A DNA stretch of 37,296 bases from Rhizaria sp. SCN 62-66 (taxonomy: Eukaryota), in assembly GCA_001724265.1 (NCBI GenBank), contig MEDY01000310.1, positions 1 to 37,296 on the forward strand, written 5' to 3'. The notes beneath the pieces are model-generated. The model was not told the origin of the DNA and made no database searches. It was given only the letters and a program-made list of their open reading frames with translations. A program made the translations under genes and the position numbers. The stretch's first letter is position 1. Every line of letters starts with the position of its first letter. Shown here in pieces: positions 1 to 9,712 of this stretch.

Positions 1-1272
1 GCTGCTGGATGAGGTCCACGTTGCGCCCGCGGACAAGTTCTCCAAGTGCGTGCGCGTGACGCACTCGCGCTGCAAGCTTGGGCTCACGGCCACGCTTGTG
101 CGCGAAGATAGCAAGATCGAGGACTTGTACTTTATGCTGGGTCCGAAGCTCTACGAGGCCAACTGGAAAAACCTCAGCACGCAGGGCTTCATCGCGACGG
201 TGATGTGCCGCGAGGTGTGGTGCCCCATGTCGCCGCTCTTCTTCCGCGAGTACCTTGGTGCCGACACGCACAAGAAGCTGCTGCTAATGACGCTAAACCC
301 GGAGAAGTTGATGGCCATGGAGGTCCTCATGCGCGCGCACGAGCGTCGCGGCGACAAGATCATGATCTTCTGCGAGTCAATCGTTGCGCTGCAGCTGCTG
401 GCAAAACGGTTCAAGCGGCACTTTATTGACGGCACCGTGGCCGACCAGGAGCGCGTTGAGATCTTCCGCGAGTTCTCTTCCAACAATGGGCTCAACACTA
501 TCTTTATCTCCAAGGTCGGTGACAACTCGATCGACCTGCCCGACACCAACGTCATCATCCAGCTCTCCGCGCACTTCGGCTCGCGTAGGCAGGAGGCGCA
601 GCGCTTCTGATGTTTCGCTGTTCTTCAAAATTTGGCATTGTAATGTTCAACAAAGTATCATGTTTGTCCAAGTGTGTGTTGAACTCTCCAGTCTGACATT
701 ATTCACAAATCACATCATCACAGTTTTCTTCTTACTCCATCCCCTTGCTTTCTTGTTTTCTCCTCCGCCTCACAGGCCGCATTTTACGCCCGAAGTCTAA
801 GAAGTCAGGCACAATTGACGCGTACTTTTACTCGCTTATTTCGACCGACACGAGCGAGGTCAAGTACGCGACCAAGCGCCAGCGCTTTCTGGTCGACCAA
901 GGCTACGAGTACGAGGTGATGCTCAAGTCCGAGCTCGACCACTAGGAGCGCGCCGCTATCGTGAAGGAGCCGCTCATCCTCTCGAAGCCTGAAGACCAGC
1001 GCATGCTTTTGCTCGAGATCCGCGAGCATCAGGGCCCCACGGGCGCCTACGACCTGAGCGAGATGGCCGTCTTCGAAGCCACCGCCTCGCGCGGCTTCTA
1101 GTCCCGCCCCAGCGTCGCCGCCCCCACAAGCACAGCCACTCACACCGGTACTGGTGCTGGTGCTGGTGCTGGTACTGGCGCGGACGGCGCAGAGGAGGAG
1201 ACAAGCGAAGCCATGCTGGCCAGTCTCACCGGCGCTCGCGGCGGCGGCGAGCGCATCTTCAGGGAATACTGA
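1..1272 (+). CDS. ERCC3: TFIIH helicase/translocase XPB (Ssl2/Rad25), 5' partial; exons <1..~607 and 776..1272; two in-frame TAG codons (943-945, 1099-1101)
   Basis: The frame from base 2 reads LLDEVHVAPA (motif II), LGLTATLVRED (motif III), GPKLYEANW, SKVGDNSIDLP and HFGSRRQEAQR. After a pyrimidine tract and CAG at 775 it reads RILRPK...AYFYSLISTDTSEV...RQRFLVDQGY. Reading through two TAGs gives an XPB-like C-terminus (EDQRMLLLEI...MLASLTGA...IFREY) ending at TGA 1270-1272. The intron donor near 607 is not canonical. Confidence 0.95.
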
Positions 1273-2986
1273 AGGAGTGATTTCGTATTCAAGAGAGTTG
1301 TGGGTTCTGCATCACATATTACAACATACTAGTACTAGTATAATTTTGGAGATATAAGAAGCAGCATGATATATAGCCTATGTGTACATATCTGACTTTG
1401 CTTTAGTCCATGAAAAAATGTAATCTTTAATGCCGAACGTATGTTTGCGAAAGAACATATGTCCAGTTGTTCTATTGTGACTGCGGATCGATTTTGAATG
1501 AGCTATCTAATCATGAGCTATCACAAAATACGTTTCAGAGTTTTAACACTCGAGTGGCCCACCAAAACTTGTTGCGATTAAACCCGCGCGTAAGCGCAAA
1601 AGAGGCTGTAACTCAGCAACGTTATGAATGCCAATCGACTTTGCGAAGTGAAAAACAATATGTATTGAAGTGAAAAATAATTGTTAGTGCAAAGAAGATA
1701 AAGAATGCGAAGAAAATATATGTAGACGCAGTGCATATGTGCAACAGAGATATAGAGAACACAGAAAGATGCTTGAGGCTTAAATGTCAACAACAACACC
1801 AAAAAAAAAAGAGGAGGAAGAGATAAAACTACAAACAGAAACCACATCAAAAAAGATGAGCAGGCAAAAAGAAAACAAACAAAATAAAGAAGTATGCATG
1901 CACACAATCACAGAAACGCATGCACACGTATTGCAGATGAATCAGAAACTGTCGGTGTGGTCGTCGTTGTTTGGTGAGTGTGGATGATGGTGGTACGAGT
2001 ATGTAGCGATGCTGCTTGCGGCGGCCGAGAAAGGCGCACGAAACGTCGTCAGAGGTCGCAGAGCAGCGCGCACAGCGGGGTCGCCGAGGCGGCAAAAGCA
2101 GGAGCAAATACGTATCAATGACAGTGGCAGTCGTTGGAGCAGGCGTAGTGTAGCCAATAAGAGATTAGTGAGAAGAAAACGCGCGACGTAGACATTATCT
2201 CAAGCTGCAAAGCTGTCATGGAATGACCAAGTGCGTGATGTCATGTAAGGTGACGGAGTTGGAGCAGGTGTGCAAAGGTGTAGGTACAGAAATGCAGTCC
2301 TAATATCAAATGCATGCATCTGCTAAAAAAATGAGAGTTGTTGTGGTGATTGTTCAGAGTGTAAAGCGATAGCATTGTCAATGAGAGATTTTTTGTAGAT
2401 GTTAGTGTGGAATGTTGCTGCTCATGTGTTGTTGAAGCCAAACGATCCGCGGAGGTTATGCTACGTTCGTTGACACACAAACACGATTCTGGCCGCCACT
2501 CAGGCAGGCTTCTTGCTTTCTGTCTGGCTGCCGGCCTGCTGTGTGTTGCGACATGTACTGCTGCGGAAAGCAGTGTCACGACATGAGGCGCGGATCACAA
2601 GAAACAAGAACAAAAAAAAAGGTGTGCGGTCGATAGACGGGCGAGACAGGACAGGTCAAAACTAAATGGAACCAAACAAGGAAAGCAAAATGGGAAAAGT
2701 AAAAAGGAAACACAAAGCAAAAACAAAAGACGAAAGAAAAAAAGGACGTGGTGCGACATAAATAAAGGAGAAGCACACGCACGGACAAGGTTTTCTATCG
2801 TTGTCGTCGTTGTTGTTGAATGATGATTGATGAGTCGGTTTGTTGGGGAGGAAAGGGGAAGAGGCGCGCCGTGGGGCCCGCCAGCAAGACTAGTCTGAGT
2901 CTTCGCTGTAGTATTCATGGACATCAACAGAAACAGAAACAGGAACAAGGACGTTCAATGCATTCTCAACATGACGCGCTAAAGAC

Positions 2987-4634
2987 TCAGCCGCAGTGGA
3001 AGATCGCAAAGAGACAGCGCCAGTCGACGGTGGTGCCGTAGGGCTCCGCAGCGGCGGCCAGCACGGCTGCCAGACTGCTCTCGGCCTCGGCCCCGGCCTC
3101 GGCTCCGGCCTCGGCCGCCGCGGCATCGGCAGCGGTGTCCACCGAGGCCGGCGTCAACGACGCAGGGCTCGCAGTCGCGGTGCTCACAAACGCACTGTCG
3201 CTGCCGAGCCCGCCCTCGCGCTGCCGGCCGCCGGTGCCCGCAGCCATGTGGCTGTGGCTGTGGCTGTTGTAGTCGGGTTCCGTGGTGGAGGCGCCCGGCG
3301 AGTTGCCCGCGCTGGACGCAGCAGCGTCGGCGCTGACATCAGTGTCCGCGTCCACAGCAGCCTCGCCCTTGCCATCCACAGCACTAGGACCGTGGCCGTG
3401 ACCGTGGGCGTGGCTTGGGACAACGTCAGCGGCGGCATCGTCGCCGTCGCCAAAGTAGCGTGGCCCGCGCCCGGCGTCGATTACCACGCCCACAGCAGCG
3501 GCACCGGCACCGGCACCGGCGCCGGCAGCATTCGGACTGGCAGCACCGGCACTGCCAATTGCACCGTCGGCACGGACGCAGGTGCCGTTACTCATGCTGC
3601 CTGCGGTAGCGCCGGCGCTGATGGCCCCGGTGTTCGCAGCGGTGGCGGCGGCGGCGAGCTTGAGCTTGAAGCGCGTGTGCGCGAGGTCCACGAAGCAGTC
3701 GAGGTTGTGTGCGCTGCGCGGAGTTGCGATCGGGGGCGTCGCCGGCGGCGGCTTCGAGTAGCGGCCCGCGGCGTCGCGCATGTGCCGCCGGTCCGACGCA
3801 AAGCAGTCCAGCATAGCGCGCGCCGTGAGCAGGCGGAATGAGGCCAGGTAGACCGAGCCGGCTGTGACGTCGGGGCGCGCGGAGCAAGGGAAGTAGTCGC
3901 GCGCGCGGCAGGGAAACGGCAGCACCGAGTCGAAGTCGAAGACGAAGGGCTCGCCCGTCGCGGCGCAGCGCTGGACGAAGACGACGTGGTAGTCCCAGCA
4001 CACGGCGCTCTGTGGCGGGTTGGCCAGCGCCTGAAGGAACCACGCGACGGTGTTGGCCTTGTTGGAGACGAAGACGGCGAAGCAGTCGCGGTCGACGTCG
4101 AAGCCCTGCGCCGCGGCCCGCGCGCATAGCTGCCACACGTTCTCCTCGCTGAGCAGAGCGCAAAGCAAGACGTGGCGTGCGTGGGGGGTTAAAAGAGAGA
4201 GAGCATGGTGGGCGTGCAGAGACGTTGGTGAGCATCGAGCGTGTGTGTTGTCATGAAGATTGCGGAACAACCGGATAGGAAGCAACGAAACGAAGGCGAA
4301 GTCAAGATGGGGGATGGTGAGCTCAGGGCAAATGCGGAGGATAGACTGCTGTTTTCAGCGTCGCTAAAATGTAGGCTCGTCTGCTCGAGCTGCGCCGCGC
4401 GTCATAGCAACTTCGCGTCACAACATCGTCGCGTCATAGCAGCGTCGCGCTGCGCAGCGTGGCCCGTGGCGCGTGAGCCGCAGGCACGGGGGTGCGGCGC
4501 GCACGGTGGGGGAGCCGATCGACGCAGTGTGGCACAGCGGGGGAGGAGTGGGAGACGTACCAGTAGTGACTCGTGTATGAGAGAGCGTTGCGTGACTCGA
4601 AGCGGAGCAAGCCCGTGGGTGGTGGGGAAGCCAT
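2987..4634 (-). CDS. NTAQ1: Protein N-terminal glutamine amidohydrolase (Nt(Q)-amidase, WDYHV1); exons 4634..4561 and 4148..2987
   Basis: A GTACGT...CAG intron (4560..4149) joins MASPPP...YTSHYC to EENVW. Family motifs AVFVSN, VCWDYHVV, VFDFDSVLPFPC, FASDRRHM and NLDCFV are present. Stop is TGA. Confidence 0.93.
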
Positions 4635-5669
4635 AGCCCTCGTCACTGATGATGGGAGAGAGTCGTTTTGGGGGGGCTGCTTCGGTGAAAGACAGTCGAA
4701 GTAGGATGAAATAGTTAGTGAAAAATAGTAACAAAGTGTTGCATTAACAATGCAAACAAAATAATGCGTGTTGCAGGCGATGTAGCCTGCACCACAGCGT
4801 CGCAAATGCAAAAGTGTGGTCGCAGACAAAAACATGAGCGAAGTTCAGTCATGAAACAAGTGCTCTTTTGAGGGTTATACATCCCCGCAGGTAAATAATT
4901 TTTTGAAAACTAAATTAAATCAATAATTCATTGTGTAAGATGATGTCACAATTCAGAGCGATTGAATAATTATCGCGTGGCAGCACCTACGAAACGAACG
5001 TGATGACATCAATTGCATCGCACGTAAGAATCAAGAATGTGCAGTTTGTTAGTCTCACCAGGCACGGTCACCGACGCGACCTCCACGTCGGGCTCGGGTG
5101 GGCTAGGTTTTGATCTATGGACGCATTCGTAGCCATCAGAAGAGTTCAAATTTGCACGTATGCGAAAGAATTGCGACGCAAATATCTTGTTATTTTGTCG
5201 GTATCCCGAAAGTCATGCGGGAATATCTATCTTAGCTGATCAATACTTAAAACGCCCTTTGAAGGTCTCAGTGTCGCTCCTCTTCCCCTGCATTCAGACT
5301 CACCAAAGTCATTTGCTGCGTCTTTTCTCCCCAGGTTTCGCGTTTCCCAAGACCCCAGCTACACAGAGACTACGCTCTAAGAGCTACCCCAAGTAGGCTC
5401 CCCCCATGGGCTGTGACCAATCCACTGAGGCGGGCCAGCGTTGGCGCCGCACCTACGTACGCTCCGCTCTTCTGTCCGCGCTCCCGCTCCGCCAACATGC
5501 GCCGTCTTGACAGCCTTTGTGTATGTTACTGCTTATTTCTTGAGGCATATGCTCATTCTACTCTTGTTTTGCTTCCCCTTCGTTTTTCTCTCTTGCGTCT
5601 TTGAATGTGATTCGCCTTCTGCTTCCTCGTTCGCTTCCCTTTTCAATTCTCTGCGCGCTCGCTTAGGCC

Positions 5670-6521
5670 ATGGACTTCAACGCCGAGGGTCCGACACGCA
5701 CGTTTGACTACAACACGGGCACGACCAAGGGCGAGGGTGAAAAGTCAAAGTCCGGCAGCCGCGACATCACATTGGCCGGCATGGCCGCGCTGAGTGACAG
5801 CACCGGCAGCGGCGGAGGCGGCGGTAACGGCGGCGGCGGCGATGGCGGCGGCGGCAACGATGGTGGCGCCGCGACCATCCACACGGGCAACGACGACGAC
5901 GACGGCGGCGGCGGCCGCAAGCGGCGCAAGCGCGACGAGAAGTACAACAGCTCGTCGAACGTGTTCAAGAGCGACGCCAGCTTCTCTAAGGGCTCGCTGT
6001 GGAACGAGAAGGGCAAGCAGCTTGTCACAGACGACGAGCTGAAGAAGCTTAAGGTGTACCGCATGAGCGAGGTGAACCAGCACAACACGGACCACGACGC
6101 GTGGATCGTGATCAACAACGTCATCTACGACATCTCGACCTACCTGCCCACGCACCCCGGCGGCGCTGCCCTCATCACCGGCCTCTGCGGCCGCGACGGC
6201 ACGCAGGCCTTCTACCGCTCGCACTCGAACATCGTTAAGGCCGAGGAGGTGCTCAAGAAGTCGCCGCTGTGCAAGCGCGTGGGCCGCATCTTCGCGCTCG
6301 AGCACGGCGGCGGCGGCAGCAACTCGGGCTCCGTGCGCGGCAGCTTCTCAGACGTGGGCTCCATCGCCTCGATGGCCACCGGCGGCGGCGGCGCCACCCC
6401 CGGCGGCTCCAACACCGGCGGCGGCACCGACGGCAAGAAGAGCCGCAGCAGCAGGCGTGACCGCGACGGCGACCGCAAGTCGAGCCGCAAGTCCCGCCGC
6501 CGCGGGTCAGGCTCCGACTGA
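5670..6521 (+). CDS. Cytochrome b5-like heme-binding domain protein, soluble, with Gly-rich and basic low-complexity flanks
   Basis: YRMSEVNQHN...DAWIVINNVIYDISTYLPTHPGG...GRDGTQAFYRSHS carries the HPGG motif and a second axial His. Single ORF, stop TGA. Confidence 0.9.
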   Translation: MDFNAEGPTRTFDYNTGTTKGEGEKSKSGSRDITLAGMAALSDSTGSGGGGGNGGGGDGGGGNDGGAATIHTGNDDDDGGGGRKRRKRDEKYNSSSNVFKSDASFSKGSLWNEKGKQLVTDDELKKLKVYRMSEVNQHNTDHDAWIVINNVIYDISTYLPTHPGGAALITGLCGRDGTQAFYRSHSNIVKAEEVLKKSPLCKRVGRIFALEHGGGGSNSGSVRGSFSDVGSIASMATGGGGATPGGSNTGGGTDGKKSRSSRRDRDGDRKSSRKSRRRGSGSD

Positions 6522-7668
6522 GCTCCTGCTCTGTGACATCAGCAGCCCCCAATCAGCCCCGACTGAGCGCAGACGGAGTCTCAACTGGGCGTGGGTGCAA
6601 CTAAGCAACAATAGAGCAGAGCAGATGGCTGCAGAGCATGTGAGCCTCGATACAGCGCAATACAGAGTCCTGTCGTGGATGTGAGTGCCGCGCTGGACCA
6701 ACGGCGACACTGTGCGTTCCTTACTCTGGCTCTGGCTCTGGCTTTGCTCTGTGTTTGTGTGCTTGCTATTTCTGTCATGGAAAGCGGCGGTTCTCAAGTC
6801 CAGGCCAGGCGTGTCTGCGCCCTCTGCGTTGCTTCGGTGCCAAACATGCGGCCGACTGGCTTGCGTTAACAGTAACTTTATTTTTGTAACCCTTGTTCCC
6901 TTGTCAACTATTTCATTGTTCTGTTTATTGTTTGCTTCTTTTTGTTTTTCTTGTGACCCCCTTTTTGATCTGTTTAGTTGTCTTGTTCTAGCTCTGCCTC
7001 TGCCTCTGCCTCTCCTGCCTTGCGTTGTCTGTGTGTCTACTTGTTTGCCACGGCTGTCCTCACAAACTACCCTATCCTACTCACCGAAGCATACCGCTTT
7101 ACTCACCGGTTACTTGTCAATAACAACTCGGCGATATCAATCGCCAACGCAACAACACTAGCCCCGTACCACAGTGACTCTGGCTCTTTCGGTGACTGCA
7201 TGAAAGATTGCTGAGTTATTCACTCGCATGTCTGAGCGCTTTAGACGGTATGATCTAGACTGTTTTTGAGTTGCTCCTGCTGTTAAAATTGGTTGAGTAT
7301 CAGTGATAACCTTAGCTAAAACGTTAAATAGGTCAAAACAACAACATCGATGCTGGTGTTCATAATATAACTGCTTCAACACAAAACGACCTTCGTCCTG
7401 TGTGAAATGCCGTTTCTCACACCACACAACGTCTATCGTCTTTTAGAATACAGTGGAGTTATTTTCGCTCAGAAAAGTATTCAAATTGCCTAAACATTGT
7501 ATTACCGTCCTCGTTACAATTTGAACGACCAGTATAAATAGGTAAACAATCACACTTTCATCAACAACATGCCTTGACTGACCCTCACATTATTCGCTCA
7601 CAGTCGCGCAATCGCACCCTGGCTGTGGCACTGGCACTGGCACCTGCGCTCTCCAGCGCCCCGTGCCC

Positions 7669-9228
7669 TCAGTACCACTGCTTGCGCTGGGTCTCGCGCT
7701 GAGGCGGGAGGGCGTCGACGCGCTCGCCGCCCTTGAAGACGGCGGCGACGGGCGAGGCGCCCATCTGGTACACGACGTGTTCCCACTGCTCCGTGCCCAG
7801 CACCACAAAGTCGCCGCGCTTGCCGGGCGCAAGCGAGCCGTGAGAGCCGGCCTTGCCGAGCGCGTAGGCGGCGTTGAGCGTGGCGGCGACGAGCGCCTCG
7901 CCGCAAGTCATGTGCATGAGCACGCAGGCCATGTTCATCACCAGCGGCAGCGCGATGCAGTACGCGTTCGGGTTGAAGTCGCTGCCCAGCGCAACGGGCA
8001 CGCCCGCCGTGATCATCGCGCGCGCGGGGGGCGGGTGCAGGCGCAGTACGTAGGCCGTGGTGGGCAACAGCACGGCCGCGACCTTGGCCGCGGCCATGGC
8101 GGCGATGCCCGCGTCCGTCACGCACTCCAGGTGCGACACGGCGCGTGCGCCCACGGCCGCCGCCATCTCGGCCGAGTGCGTCACCGAGAGCTCGTCGCCG
8201 TGGAAGTTCGCCTGCAGGCCCAGCGCGCGGCCCGCCTCGAGGATGCGGCGCGCCTAGACAGAGCGAGAGAAAAGAAAGAGAAAAAAGGAATGATAAAGTT
8301 CATGCATGAGTGAATTTTTGACAATACAAAAATAAAATGACACGAAACAGCTAAAATCGTATTGCTGTTAAGCTATAGCTTGATAGCGTCTGATATGTGT
8401 AGACATATCTATGGCCCGTACCTGGTCGACGTTGAAGACGCCCGACTCGCAGAAGACGTCGATCTGCTCGGGGTCAATCTCGCCGGCCGCGGCAGCCGCG
8501 GCGAGGCGCGGGAGCTGCACGCTGACCACGTCCTCAGTCGCCGCCTCAGCCGTGGAGCCCTTGGGGACGGAGTGCGCGCCGCAATAGTTGGCCACCAGCT
8601 CGATGGGCTGCAGCGCCTTGGCGCGCTTGATCACGCGTAGCATCTTGAGCTCCGCCTCGGCCTCCAGCCCGTAGCCACTCTTGGCCTCGAGCAGCGTCGT
8701 CCCGGCGGCCAGCGCGCGCGCGAGGCGGCCCAGCAGCGCGTCGAGCAGCTCGTCCTCCGAGGCGGCGCGCGTGTGGGCCACTGTGAAGCCGATGCCGCCG
8801 CCCATGGCGTGGATGTCCATGTACTTGGCGCCCGCAAGCTTAAGGCGGAACTCACCGACGCGGTCGCCCGCCCAGACGGGGTGGGTGTGCGCGTCGACGA
8901 GCCCCGGGATGACGGACTGGCCGGGGAACGCGTGGTCGTGCTCGGGTGCGAAGGGGAACTTGGCCAGCTCGGCCGGCAGCTCGGCCGCGGGGCCCGCGTA
9001 CAGGATCGAGCCGCGGTCGCCAATAATCAGCGCGCCGTCGGACACGCAGTCGACGTCGTCCTGCGCCGTGCCCGTCTTGAACTCGACGGCGCGGTCGCGG
9101 GAGATGCACACGAGGCGCGAGGCAGTCACGCGCACGCGAGGCTGCTCGGGCTGCTCCGACTGCGCGGGCTTGGTCTGCGCCGCCGAGGGGCAGCAGGCGG
9201 GGGTGCCGGCGTGAGGCGCGCACGACAT
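7669..9228 (-). CDS. AMDHD1: Imidazolonepropionase (histidine catabolism, HutI family, eukaryote type); exons 9228..8422 and 8253..7669
   Basis: Motifs PGLVDAHTHPVWAGDR, GGGIGFTV, EAKSGYGL, GAHSVP, DVFCESGVF, FHGDEL, SHLE and ALGSDFNPNAYC. GTACGG...TAG intron 8421..8254 in phase 0. Stop TGA. Confidence 0.95.
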
Positions 9229-9712
9229 CAGAGTGGCAGGGCTATGGAAGTGCGGGAAGGTGGGCAGCGACGGGGTGATATAGGGAGAGTGAGGGGCAAA
9301 CGTCATCAGCAAGATCCAAGCATTTCGAGAACTTGACGCGCATGGAAGATCGACGACTGTGGAATGGTTAAAACAAATACAAACTTAAAACATTGTAAAA
9401 AGATCCAGAAATAACTGAAAAACGCAACTGACGACAATACAGCCGCCATGTCTGCGTTTGTTTAACCCTTGGACTCGACCATCATTGTGATCGTCTGGGC
9501 TCGGTCGGTCCAGTCGATCACAGGCCTAGGACCGTGGGGTACAGCGAAGCTCTCGACGCAGTCTTCGCACATTGCGAAATTCGTCTTGGTTTATCGTTTA
9601 GTGTTTCTTTCGTTTGCATTTCGGAATTTTACGCTCTCTTTTTTACGTGCTCATTTAATACTTTCCCGCGTCGCGTCTATATTACCTTTTGTATTCCGCC
9701 TTGCAGAGACGC

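Noticed and set aside
608-610. TGA as selenocysteine or sense codon in XPB
   Set aside because: It lies at the exon/intron boundary, AT-rich intron sequence follows, and TGA is the most common real stop in this window.
916-1101. Introns ending at the XPB TAGs (916..945 or 916..1101)
   Set aside because: 30 nt is far below the other introns (109 nt and up). The longer option is GC-rich, has no pyrimidine tract and would delete the conserved-looking EDQRMLL helix.
1273-2986. Short ORFs and a GC-richer patch (about 2000-2190) between XPB and NTAQ1
   Set aside because: No codon bias or motif even when TAG is allowed as sense. The A-rich plus strand fits a U-rich 3' UTR of NTAQ1.
7669-9228. Bacterial hutI acquired by horizontal transfer
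   Set aside because: The motifs (HTHPVWAG, GGGIxFTV, FHGDEL, DFNPNAYC) match the eukaryotic AMDHD1 type and the gene has a spliceosomal intron.
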